From Candidatus Binatia bacterium (lineage in GTDB: Bacteria; Desulfobacterota; Binatia; HRBIN30): a stretch of DNA of 64,000 nucleotides. A program made the translations under genes and the position numbers. The notes under the pieces are model-generated. The model was not told the origin of the DNA and searched no databases. It was given only the letters and a program-made list of their open reading frames with translations. Each line of letters opens with the position of its first letter. Positions within the stretch are counted from its first letter, which is position 1. This document shows positions 39,305 through 48,467 of this stretch, piece after piece. The stretch spans positions 64,001-128,000 of the forward strand of contig JBBRSP010000001.1 in NCBI GenBank assembly GCA_038245295.1, in the 5' to 3' direction.

Positions 39305-40414
39305 CTACTTTGCCGTCGGGGTGATTGCCGGTGGACGTGTGCGGCTGACGATGTTTAGAATTTCGTCCGGTCCGAGGACACGGGGGTAGACCTGCACGTC
39401 GCGCATGATGCTACGGGCGCTGCCGGCGCCGTTCGGAACATCGGAGCCAAACAGCCACGGTGTGCCGTTCGGCACCTGCAACTCGCCGTTGTACTCACTG
39501 CTCGGGAGCGGCAGGCCGTCAATAAAAAGCGTCGTCACGCCATCTCCCCACTGGGCGGCCACATGGTGCCAATCGCCTACCTTCCAGCCTGAAATTCCCG
39601 TGCTGCCGCCGCTTTCGTGGCCTGTGTTGTCGCAGAAGAGGAAGCGTAGGTACTGGCCGTTCTTGAAGATCTCGATGCGGTTCTCGAAGGTTCCGGTCTT
39701 CCACTGGGCGAAGCCGGCATTGGTATCAGCCTCGCCGATCCACTCGGGCAGTATCCAGAAGACGACGCTGCCCGACTGCCCGGTGAAGTTCTCGGGGTTC
39801 GGCACGGCGAAACGCGCATCAGCTCCGAAGTGGGCTCCAGCCTCGGTGACCGTGACGTCGTGCTCAATGATCGGGGAGTTGTCACCGGCAGCCTGTGCTT
39901 GATCCGGTGCCGTCGTCTTGTTGAAACCGAAGGAGATCGCCGGAGCATGGGCGTCGTCCGTGTCGGCTTTTGGACCCGGCACCGAGCCTGCCGGTGATTG
40001 GTTTGCCTGTTGCTCCGCCCGTTCCTGGGCTTCCGATCCGGCGCGCGCGATTTCGGAATCGGCACGCCGCTGCGGGCGAGCCTTGGGGTCGGTGGTTGCC
40101 CCGCTGGTGCCGGGCTCGCTGTCATCAGCGGCGGCGAGGGGTTCGCGTTCCAGACCTTGGCGGGCGCGTTGCGCGGCGGCGGCAATCGCCGGCCGGTCCG
40201 CGAAGCGCTCATCGCCACCTTCGCTGCCGTCAAAGCGCCCGGAACGACGGCTTGCGGCGCCGCGCGCCTCCCGCCGTCCGGCCGCGGAAGCGGATACGGC
40301 CGAATCACTTTCGCCGTCGTCGTCGGCAAGATCGGGGGACGTCGGACGCAAGAGCCACAGCCCGACCATCAGTAGGATGGCCAGAGACACTGCAATCAAT
40401 ACCGAGCGCTGCAT
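39305..40414 (-). CDS. Membrane-anchored LamG/concanavalin-like domain protein
   Basis: N-terminal TM helix; long low-complexity linker; GSVVFWI, WHHVAAQW, LFIDG, DVQVYPRVL. Confidence 0.78.
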   Translation of the reverse strand: MQRSVLIAVSLAILLMVGLWLLRPTSPDLADDDGESDSAVSASAAGRREARGAASRRSGRFDGSEGGDERFADRPAIAAAAQRARQGLEREPLAAADDSEPGTSGATTDPKARPQRRADSEIARAGSEAQERAEQQANQSPAGSVPGPKADTDDAHAPAISFGFNKTTAPDQAQAAGDNSPIIEHDVTVTEAGAHFGADARFAVPNPENFTGQSGSVVFWILPEWIGEADTNAGFAQWKTGTFENRIEIFKNGQYLRFLFCDNTGHESGGSTGISGWKVGDWHHVAAQWGDGVTTLFIDGLPLPSSEYNGELQVPNGTPWLFGSDVPNGAGSARSIMRDVQVYPRVLGPDEILNIVSRTRPPAITPTAK

Positions 40415-40484
40415 ACAATCTAGGATGTAGCTGTTTTTTGACGCCGCGCCTACTCAGGGAACTGCGAAGAATACGGGTAGGATA

Positions 40485-40550
40485 GGCGGTTATGCGGTTA
40501 GGCGGCTCGCGGTTCCGGAGTTTCTGGAAGAGCCTAACCGCGTAACCGCC
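40485..40550. repeat. 19-bp inverted repeat built from GCGGTTA(T/G) units in a divergent intergenic region
   Basis: GGCGGTTATGCGGTTAGGC ... GCCTAACCGCGTAACCGCC, one mismatch. Confidence 0.8.
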
Positions 40551-40625
40551 AAACGTCTGGAGCGAGGCCCTGCCATAGCTAGCCAGGCTTGCACGCTACC
40601 GCGCCGAGCGGTAAGCCGAGGCGCT

Positions 40626-41420
40626 GTGTCGAACCCTGGCCAATCCCTAGCCCCAAGCCCTGCTCCCGTCGGTCGTCCGCGGCGCAAGGTGTACATCGTA
40701 TTGCCGGCGTACAACGAGGAGCCGAATCTTCCGGTTCTCTTCGAGGCGCTCCGCGAGACGATGGAGGACAACTTCATTGCCTATGAAGTGATCGTCGTTG
40801 ATGACGGTAGCCAGGATCGCACGGCGGCGGTGGCGCGCGAGTGGGCGGAGCAGATTCCCGTAGTGTTGGTGCAGCATCCGGTGAACCAAGGGCTCGGCGC
40901 GACATTGCGTGATGGTTTGTTGGCGGCGCTGGAGCGCGCCACGGATCGCGATATCATCATCACCATGGATGCCGATGCGACGCATACGCCGGGTCTGATC
41001 GTGCGCATGGTCCGGATGATCGGCGAGGGTTACGACGTCTTGATTGCGTCGCGTTACCAGCCTGGCGCGCGTGTCTATGGCGTGCCCTTCCTGCGCCGCG
41101 TGATGAGTCGCGCTGCCTCGATCCTGATGCGCTTGGTGTTGCCGATCCAAGGGGTCAAAGATTTCACCTGCGGCTATCGCGCCTATCGCGCCGATGCGCT
41201 GCGCAAAGCGGTCAATCTCTACAAAGGCGAGTTCGTCAATCAGGAAGGCTTTCAGTGTATGCTCGACGTACTGCTGAAGCTGCGCCCGATGCATTTGGTC
41301 TTTGGCGAAGTGCCGATGTTGTTGCGTTACGACCTCAAGGGCGGCGCCAGCAAGATGAACATCTCGCGCACGGCGAAGAATAGCCTGCTGCTGCTGGTGC
41401 GGCGCCGATTCGGGTACTAG
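40626..41420 (+). CDS. GT2, polyprenyl-phosphate sugar synthase type (DPM1/ArnC-like)
   Basis: VLPAYNEE, VDDGSQD, NQGLG, MDADATH, IASRY, DFTCGYRAY. Confidence 0.88.
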   Translation: MSNPGQSLAPSPAPVGRPRRKVYIVLPAYNEEPNLPVLFEALRETMEDNFIAYEVIVVDDGSQDRTAAVAREWAEQIPVVLVQHPVNQGLGATLRDGLLAALERATDRDIIITMDADATHTPGLIVRMVRMIGEGYDVLIASRYQPGARVYGVPFLRRVMSRAASILMRLVLPIQGVKDFTCGYRAYRADALRKAVNLYKGEFVNQEGFQCMLDVLLKLRPMHLVFGEVPMLLRYDLKGGASKMNISRTAKNSLLLLVRRRFGY

Positions 41421-41423
41421 TCA

Positions 41424-42071
41424 ATGTCGGCCGGCGGGTTCGAAGCCGAGTACTACGAACAGAACTATCCCAACTACGCGCGGCAAAACCCGACGCGTAA
41501 GCTCAAGCACTATGAAGAGGCGGTGCGCCGCCACTTGCCGCCGGGCGAGCCGATCCGTGTCTACGATCTCGGCTGTGCCTTCGGGGCGTATCTCTCAGCA
41601 ATCGATCCGCAATGGCAGGCCTACGGGGCTGACGTAAGTCATTTCGCCGTCGCCGAAGCGAAGAAGCGCCTGCCGCGCGGACATTTCGACGTCATCGCCG
41701 AACGCAGTATTCCGTTCGACGAGAAGTTTCATGCGATTACGGCATGGGACGTGATCGAACACATTCCCGATCTGGATCGGGTTGCCGCCGAGGTCGAGGC
41801 GCATCTGGTCGAGCGCGGCGCCTTCGTGTTCGTTGTTCCGGTTTATGACGGACCGCTCGGGCCGGTGGTCATGGCGCTCGACAAAGATCCGACCCACATC
41901 CATAAAACCGCGCGTCGCTTCTGGGTCGACTGGGCCGCCCGCCACTTCGAAGTGATCGAGTGGTGGGGAATCTTCCGTTACCTCATGCCGGGCGGCTACT
42001 ACGCCCACGTTCCGACACGTGCTTTACGTTCGATCGCGCCGGCAATCCTCGTCGTTGCGCGCCGCCGCTGA
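41424..42071 (+). CDS. Class I SAM-dependent methyltransferase
   Basis: YDLGCAFG, WDVIEHI, DPTHI. Confidence 0.85.
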   Translation: MSAGGFEAEYYEQNYPNYARQNPTRKLKHYEEAVRRHLPPGEPIRVYDLGCAFGAYLSAIDPQWQAYGADVSHFAVAEAKKRLPRGHFDVIAERSIPFDEKFHAITAWDVIEHIPDLDRVAAEVEAHLVERGAFVFVVPVYDGPLGPVVMALDKDPTHIHKTARRFWVDWAARHFEVIEWWGIFRYLMPGGYYAHVPTRALRSIAPAILVVARRR

Positions 42072-42080
42072 ACGCCCGTT

Positions 42081-44744
42081 TTACTGCGGCTCGACGCCGT
42101 CCGGCGGTGCCATTGCCTGCCAATCACCCTTGCCGACGCCGGCGATGGAGTCGGGTGTAATGTTCTCGTGCGTCAGGTTGTCCTTGTAGTCCTTGACCAT
42201 GAACCAGGCGTGATCGGTTCCCTTGCCGGGTACGACGCGAAATTCGAGCGGTTGCCCTGGGGTGACGTCACTGGCTGGGACTTCGATGAACAAGATGCCC
42301 GAGAATCCGCCGGCTTCGCCTTTGAAGGCGAACGTCAGGCGGTAGGCGCCGTTGGTGAACGTCTTGGTGCCGCGCTCCGGGCCCAGATCGAAGGTCAACG
42401 CGTACTTGCCATTGACGTACAACTCGCCGCCGAACGGTTCGGGCGATATCGAGGCGGTCAGGACTGCGACGGTGCGCTTGGCGATCGGTGGCGGCGCGGA
42501 GGTCCAGACGACTTCGCCCTCGGGATCCCAGACGTAGGTCCACCACGACTCGGTGCCGCCGCGATAGTCGGAGTAGGGGTTTTGTGTGTGTTTGAAGCGG
42601 ACGATCGAGTCGAAACCCTCGATGGCCTGCAGCTCGCTGGGTTTGGCCGGTGGAACGATGGCGGTCGCGACGGTGGCCGGGATCTCCTGCTCGACGACGA
42701 TGTCGTCGATATCCTTGCCCTCGGCATCCGTAATGCGGGCGGTGAAGTACCAGTCGCCGATCGTCTCGCAGCTCTTGACCAGCAAGAGGTTGGTGCCGGC
42801 GCTCAGGGTGATTTCCTTGCGTACCGGCGCGACTCCCACGGTGAGGGCCCACGCGGTGAGGCTCTCGCCATTGAGCCAGAGTTGCGCCAGATCGCCGCCG
42901 CCGGCGAGCTCGAGCCAGACGGCTTGTTGTTTCGTCGACTTCACCGAAGTGGCCGTATAGGCGCAGACCAGTTCCGGGTTCATCGGATGGCGCGGGTCGG
43001 CGGTGGCGAAGAAACCGTTGAGGTCGACGCGCACATTGCGCTGCGGAATCGGGCGCCAGTACAGATCTCCCCAGGCACCCTTGTAGCGATCGCGGGTCAC
43101 CTTCTTGGGATCGATGAAATCGATCTTCTTGCCTTCGTCGTTGTCGTTGAGGAACAGGCCCAGACCCATCCACTTGGTCAGATAGTTCTTGCGCTTGCGC
43201 ACTTCGGCAATGACGAATTCCTTCTGTCCGCCGGGTGCGACGATGTCCTTGAGGACGGTGTAGTCGCTGAAGAACGCCATGTCGGCCGGGCGCAATTGGT
43301 ACAACACGCGCTGATTCAGGTGGTAGTCGGCGTAAAAGGCGGGATCGGAGATCAGGTAGCCGATGTCGCGATCCTTGTTGTATTTGATCGGATCCATCGC
43401 GTTGTAGAACAGCGCGAAGATCTGCGGCTGATTGACCTCGGTGGCGGTGATCATCATGAGGTCGTACTTGTGGCGCAACGGCTCCATGAAGGCGAAGGAG
43501 TCGCGGTAGCCGTACTGGAAGCCACCATACGTTGGCGCTGAATATTTGGGATATTCGTTGAAGTAGAAGCGCACGTAACGATCGAACTCGGGGGCCGCGA
43601 AGTAGACGAAGGCGGCGACGCCGGCAGCCTGCAGGGTAACGACCAACGGACGCCAACGCAGGACCTTGAGGCACCACAAGGCGGTGCCGAGGCCGATGCC
43701 GCCGAGTAGGCACATCACCGGTGCGCCGATGAAGGAACGCGTCGCGGTTGGAATCTCGGTCATCATGCTGGCGCCGGCGGGGTAGAGCAGCAGCCACCAC
43801 AACAGCAGCTTGCTGGCGCGGTCGCGCTTCAAGAAAACAGCCAGGACACCGAGCAGGATCAACGGCATGTACGAAGGCAGCAATTCGCCGAAGCCACGCA
43901 CGGCATGGCGGCTGATGCTGTCGCCGTTTTGGAACAGGAAGACCGGGTTGAAGAACTCTTTGTAGTTGGCCAGGTAGTGCGCGGCGTTCTGTTGCAGCGA
44001 CGCCGCCGGATCGATCATCGTCGTGCGTTGCAGGTAGATCGAGCCCTGCGCGTTGCGGTAATAAAAGATGCCGCACGGGGCGACGGTCGCCAGGGCCACG
44101 ATGATCGCCAGGAAGGTTTCCTTCCAGCGCCGTAGCATCGTTGGGAGGTAGAGCAGGCCGAAGCCGATCAGGAACACCGGCACGAACAGTGTTGCGATCG
44201 CATACGCGTAGACACACAGCCCACCAAAGAACAGCGCCGCCGGCAGGGTGCGCCTACCTTTCGTGAACTCGACGAGGAAATAGACACAAAGGGTGAACAG
44301 CATCCCGAACAGCGTCATGTCGAAGGCGATGCGACTGAAATGTAAATGCCATGGCGCTGCCGCCAGCAGCGCGGCGGCGAAGAAGCCGACCCATGGTCCG
44401 AACAGGGAGCGGCCGAGGAAGAACAGGGCGATGATCCCACCGATGCCGAACAGGGCAGCCGGCATGCGAGTGGTGGCTTCGTTGATGCCGGCGAAACGCA
44501 TGATGGCGCCGGCGGTGTAGATGTAGATCGGGTTCTTGTAGCCGCCGAACGACCAGATGAAGAGCGGTAGGAACTTGCCGTTTTCGTCGTAACCGGTGGT
44601 GCCGATCGCGTAGGCGTTGTAGCCCTCGGCCGCCTCGTCGCAGTAAAGCCCGGCTGGGACGTCCTTGAGTTGATAGACCCGCACCGCAGTGGCCATGACT
44701 ACAAGAATGGCCATCAACGCAAATTGAACCCATCGGCGCTGCAT
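42081..44744 (-). CDS. GT-C (PMT_2/GT39-like) glycosyltransferase with C-terminal beta-sandwich domains
   Basis: PAGLYCDEAAEGYNA, TRMPAAL, PWHLHFSRIAF, FQYGY; C-terminal W.GLG.F...AYTAT...LWLNG...GTNLLLVK. Confidence 0.85.
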   Translation of the reverse strand: MQRRWVQFALMAILVVMATAVRVYQLKDVPAGLYCDEAAEGYNAYAIGTTGYDENGKFLPLFIWSFGGYKNPIYIYTAGAIMRFAGINEATTRMPAALFGIGGIIALFFLGRSLFGPWVGFFAAALLAAAPWHLHFSRIAFDMTLFGMLFTLCVYFLVEFTKGRRTLPAALFFGGLCVYAYAIATLFVPVFLIGFGLLYLPTMLRRWKETFLAIIVALATVAPCGIFYYRNAQGSIYLQRTTMIDPAASLQQNAAHYLANYKEFFNPVFLFQNGDSISRHAVRGFGELLPSYMPLILLGVLAVFLKRDRASKLLLWWLLLYPAGASMMTEIPTATRSFIGAPVMCLLGGIGLGTALWCLKVLRWRPLVVTLQAAGVAAFVYFAAPEFDRYVRFYFNEYPKYSAPTYGGFQYGYRDSFAFMEPLRHKYDLMMITATEVNQPQIFALFYNAMDPIKYNKDRDIGYLISDPAFYADYHLNQRVLYQLRPADMAFFSDYTVLKDIVAPGGQKEFVIAEVRKRKNYLTKWMGLGLFLNDNDEGKKIDFIDPKKVTRDRYKGAWGDLYWRPIPQRNVRVDLNGFFATADPRHPMNPELVCAYTATSVKSTKQQAVWLELAGGGDLAQLWLNGESLTAWALTVGVAPVRKEITLSAGTNLLLVKSCETIGDWYFTARITDAEGKDIDDIVVEQEIPATVATAIVPPAKPSELQAIEGFDSIVRFKHTQNPYSDYRGGTESWWTYVWDPEGEVVWTSAPPPIAKRTVAVLTASISPEPFGGELYVNGKYALTFDLGPERGTKTFTNGAYRLTFAFKGEAGGFSGILFIEVPASDVTPGQPLEFRVVPGKGTDHAWFMVKDYKDNLTHENITPDSIAGVGKGDWQAMAPPDGVEPQ

Positions 44745-44767
44745 CGTCTGTGTCGACTCCTCGTCCC

Positions 44768-45520
44768 TTAAGCTGCCGCGTTGCTTAGCCCGGCTTGTTC
44801 GTCGCGCAATCGTTTGGCACGTCGGCGTATGCCCCACAACTCGGTATACGCTTGAGCTCCACTCATCAAGCTGACGGTCGAATCGGGGGAATTCGTCCAC
44901 ACCACCGGAACATCGGTGGCGCGCAGCCCAAGCGCCAGTGCCAGGGCAATCAACTCAACATCGAACGCGAAACGATCGATCTGCATCAATTCGAGCACCG
45001 GCAGCATTGGCTGGCGGCGGAACATCTTGAAGCCACACTGGGTGTCCTTGAAGGGCAGTCCGACGACGACCCGAACAAAGACATTGAAGAGTTTTCCCGA
45101 CAGCTCGCGGAAAAAGTTCTGGTGCGCCTGGATGCGCGCCTGGCGATGGGCCCGACTGCTGATAACCAAGTCGTATCCGGCTTCGACGAGCCCAACCATC
45201 TGGTCCATCTCCTCGATCGGTGTCGACAGGTCGGCATCGCTGAACAGGACAATATCTCCCTCGGCCTGCAAAGCCCCGTGGCGCACGGCGAAACCCTTGC
45301 CGCGATTGCCGCCATAACTCAGGATCCGTAGTTGAGCGCGGTTGGGGAAGCCGCGTTCGACGACCCCTCGGGTGTCGTCGGTGCTGCCGTCGTCGACCAC
45401 GAGGATCTCGAAATTCGCGTACTTCTCCTCCAGATGCTCGAAAATCCTTTGCAACGAAGGTAGGATACGCCGCGCCTCGTTAAAGGCGGGAATGACTACG
45501 GACACCTTCATCACGCGCAT
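44768..45520 (-). CDS. GT2, dolichyl-phosphate beta-glucosyltransferase (Alg5)-like
   Basis: VIPAFNEA.RI, NRGKGFAV..G, FSDADLSTP, DTQCGFKMF, FAFDVE. Confidence 0.9.
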   Translation of the reverse strand: MRVMKVSVVIPAFNEARRILPSLQRIFEHLEEKYANFEILVVDDGSTDDTRGVVERGFPNRAQLRILSYGGNRGKGFAVRHGALQAEGDIVLFSDADLSTPIEEMDQMVGLVEAGYDLVISSRAHRQARIQAHQNFFRELSGKLFNVFVRVVVGLPFKDTQCGFKMFRRQPMLPVLELMQIDRFAFDVELIALALALGLRATDVPVVWTNSPDSTVSLMSGAQAYTELWGIRRRAKRLRDEQAGLSNAAA

Positions 45521-45530
45521 CGGCGATTAG

Positions 45531-45559
45531 TTGACAAGGCCACAGGTGGCATATACACG
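45531..45559 (+). promoter_or_regulatory. Putative sigma70 promoter of the TIGR03663-like gene
   Basis: Perfect TTGACA at 45531, then TACACG after 17 nt. Confidence 0.45.
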
Positions 45560-45610
45560 AGAGCGGCTTTTCAGCCTCAAGACTAAATTAACTCGAAAGA
45601 TCCGATTCCT

Positions 45611-48397
45611 ATGGCAGAGAGAGAGACCGTTCGCAACCTGACGGAAGCGTCGAATCGCGCCGAAACACCAAGCGCACTCGATCGCCCGTTTATCGGATCA
45701 ATGACCCTCGAGAAGTTCCTTTATCTTCTCCTCTGGGCCGTGATCGTTTTCACCCGGCTTTATCAGCTGGGGGATCGTCCGTACCATCACGACGAATCGA
45801 TCCACGCCTTCTACTCGTGGAAAATCGTCGACGAGGGGCTGGGTAACTACAAGTACGACCCGGTCTACCATGGCCCGGTGCTGTACTACGCCAGCGCCCT
45901 GATGATGAAAATCTTTGGCGACGGCGACTTCCAGGCGCGTCTGAGTGCGGTGGCGTTCGGCTTCGGCATCCTCGCCTTTGCATGGCCGCTGCGCAAATTC
46001 ATGGGGCGTTGGTCGGCCCTGATGTTCCTCGTGCTCGCCACCTTCTCGCCGGCGCTGAACTACTTTACGCGATTCATTCGCCATGACGTCTACGTCGGCC
46101 TCGGCAACATGATGGCCGTCTATTTCGCCTTCCTATACGGCCGCTCGCGCAAGGCGACGCATCTCTACGTCGCCGCCGTCGGCCTGGCGATCGCCTTCTG
46201 CAACAAGGAAGACATGTACGTGCTCGGCCCGGTCATGGTGCTGAGCCTGCTGCTCATGCAGGTGTGGGAGATCATCTACGCCGGCGACTGGCGCAAGCAG
46301 TTGAGTGTCACCTGGGGCGAGACGGCGGCTTTCCTCAAGAGCTCGGCGTTGCCGATCATCACCAGCCTGATCATCTTCCTGGTCGTTTGCCTGACGTTCT
46401 ACACCTCGATCTTCACGCATCCCGAGAATTGGAACCCGGTACGGCGCGCCCTCGAGTACTGGATCGGCCAACATACGATCAAACGGATCGGTGGCCCCTG
46501 GTGGTACTACTTCCCGCAACTCATCGCCTACGAGCCGGTGATTCTGGTGCCGATGTTGCTGCTCCTGTTCGGTCCGGTGCTGACGCCGCAGAAGGGCGAG
46601 CGCCGTTCGACGACAATCCTCGAATACCTGACGCTGGCAAGCACCGTGCTAGCGATTCTCATCATCTTCTTGAACCAGGCCGGTCTCGCCTTCGGCATGT
46701 TCGTGATCTACGACTCGCACACTGGGGGTCTAATCTTCCTGTTGCCGCTGGGGCTGGCCGGCCTGACGCTCATGCGCCGCTGGTTGCCCGACCCGTTCAT
46801 TCGTTTCCTGTGCATGTGGACCATCGGCTGCTTCTGCTTCTACTGCTGGGCGCAAGAAAAGGTGCCGTGGCTGCTGTTCCCGATGGTCATGCCCTCGGCG
46901 TTGCTGGCGGGGCAATGGTTCGGCCGCATGATCGAGGAGAAGCGCCTGTCGAAGCCCGCTGTCTTCGTGCCGGTGGGCATCTTGGCGGTGTTGACGCTGT
47001 GGAGCTTCGTCGCCGTCAACTATCTCTACAGCGCGCCGCGTCCCGATGAAGGTCCGAACGACTCACCGAAGCGAACCGGCGAACTGTTGGCGTATGTGCA
47101 ATCGACCTACGATATTCAGAAGGTCATGCACCGCATCGAAGACGTGTCGCGTATCATGGGCACGGGCGACAAGACCCGCCTGGCCGTCGGTGGCAATGCA
47201 ACCTGGCCGCTCAGCTGGTACCTGCGTCACTACCCGGTCAATTGGGCTGCCGACGTGCGCAATGTCGACACGCCGGTGGTCATCACCGATCTCGAGGTCG
47301 CCACGGCGCTCGATAAGGCGCTGCTGGAGAAATACGAGAAGGTACGTTTCGAGATCCGCGGTTGGTGGGAGCCCGATTGGACGAAGCTCAATGTGACCAC
47401 CTTCGCCAAATGGTGGGCGACACGTGTGGCGTTCAACGGTGTCGGATCGAGTGATGCCGTCATGTACGTTCTCAAGGACATCAAGCCGGGTGTTGCGCTT
47501 GACTCGATTGCGGTCAATCCGCCGCCGGCGGCAAAGGGCTACAACGCGCCCCCGAGCCTCGAGAAGCCGGCTGCTGTTTGGGGGGTGCGCGGGGTTGGCG
47601 CCGGCCAGTTCAACGAGCCACGCGGCATCGCCGTCGACGGCGAAGGCAATGTCTATGTCGTCGACAGCAAGAACAATCGTCTGCAGAAGCTTTCGGCTCA
47701 GGGCGTGCCGATCACCAGTTGGGGTAAAGAGGGCGACACGCCGGGCGATTTCAAGGATCCGGGCGGCGTCGCGCTTGGGCCTGATGCCAGCGTCTTCGTC
47801 GCCGATACCTGGAATCATCGCATCCAGAAGTTCGACAAGGGCGGCAAGTTCCTCGCCGAGTGGAAGCCTGACCCTGGGTTCTGGGGCCCGCGCGGCGTCG
47901 CGGTCTCGGCCGATGGCAACAATGTCTATGTCACCGACACCGGCAACAAACGCATCGTGCGCTTCGACGGCAATGGCAAGCAACTCGGCGTTTGGGGTAA
48001 AGAGGGTTCGAAGCCGGGTGAGTTCATCGAACCGGTCGGCATCGCCGTCGATACCGACGGAAGCGTTTACGTCGCCGATACCGGCAACCACCGTGTGCAG
48101 GTTTTCAGTGCCGACGGGACCTTCCTACGTGAGATCCCGATCCTTGGTTGGGAGGAATTCTACTCCGAGCCCTACATCGCTCTCTATGGCGGCGAGCTGT
48201 GGGTAACCGACTCCTACAACCACCGTGTGGCGCGTTACAAAGACGGTCAGAACATCGGGTCATGGGGCAAGTCGGGTGCGGCGGATGGCGACTTCAATCG
48301 TCCGATCGGCATTGCCGCCGATCGACAAGGCGCTGCCTACGTCGCGGACACGATGAACAATCGCATCCAGAAGTTCGTGCTGCCCGCCGCGAAGTAG
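45611..48397 (+). CDS. TIGR03663/Agl23-like GT-C membrane protein fused to an NHL-repeat beta-propeller
   Basis: RPYHHDESIH, YDPVYHGP, RFIRHD, KE, EKVPW, LAYVQS, WPLSWYLR; about six F..P.GIAVD...YVADT.N.R repeats. Confidence 0.85.
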   Translation: MAERETVRNLTEASNRAETPSALDRPFIGSMTLEKFLYLLLWAVIVFTRLYQLGDRPYHHDESIHAFYSWKIVDEGLGNYKYDPVYHGPVLYYASALMMKIFGDGDFQARLSAVAFGFGILAFAWPLRKFMGRWSALMFLVLATFSPALNYFTRFIRHDVYVGLGNMMAVYFAFLYGRSRKATHLYVAAVGLAIAFCNKEDMYVLGPVMVLSLLLMQVWEIIYAGDWRKQLSVTWGETAAFLKSSALPIITSLIIFLVVCLTFYTSIFTHPENWNPVRRALEYWIGQHTIKRIGGPWWYYFPQLIAYEPVILVPMLLLLFGPVLTPQKGERRSTTILEYLTLASTVLAILIIFLNQAGLAFGMFVIYDSHTGGLIFLLPLGLAGLTLMRRWLPDPFIRFLCMWTIGCFCFYCWAQEKVPWLLFPMVMPSALLAGQWFGRMIEEKRLSKPAVFVPVGILAVLTLWSFVAVNYLYSAPRPDEGPNDSPKRTGELLAYVQSTYDIQKVMHRIEDVSRIMGTGDKTRLAVGGNATWPLSWYLRHYPVNWAADVRNVDTPVVITDLEVATALDKALLEKYEKVRFEIRGWWEPDWTKLNVTTFAKWWATRVAFNGVGSSDAVMYVLKDIKPGVALDSIAVNPPPAAKGYNAPPSLEKPAAVWGVRGVGAGQFNEPRGIAVDGEGNVYVVDSKNNRLQKLSAQGVPITSWGKEGDTPGDFKDPGGVALGPDASVFVADTWNHRIQKFDKGGKFLAEWKPDPGFWGPRGVAVSADGNNVYVTDTGNKRIVRFDGNGKQLGVWGKEGSKPGEFIEPVGIAVDTDGSVYVADTGNHRVQVFSADGTFLREIPILGWEEFYSEPYIALYGGELWVTDSYNHRVARYKDGQNIGSWGKSGAADGDFNRPIGIAADRQGAAYVADTMNNRIQKFVLPAAK

Positions 48398-48421
48398 GGT
48401 TTGAAGAAGTTGAAGTGAGCT

Positions 48422-48458
48422 CTCCCTTGGCCGGTGCGACAAGCGCCGGCCAAGGGAG
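48422..48458. terminator. Strong hairpin between convergent genes
   Basis: CTCCCTTGGCCGGTGC-gacaa-GCGCCGGCCAAGGGAG, 16-bp stem; no U-tract. Confidence 0.65.
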
Positions 48459-48467
48459 GCGCGTCGG

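Noticed and set aside
40497..40538. Integron attC, from GTTAGGC and GCCTAAC core-like words
   Set aside because: Order is reversed relative to attC (RYYYAAC...GTTRRRY); no integrase or cassette array
42168..44217. 457-aa (+) and 649-aa (-) ORFs; likewise 10168-11466, 22777-23670 and 25064-26314
   Set aside because: Overlap well-supported genes in other frames and carry no recognisable motifs
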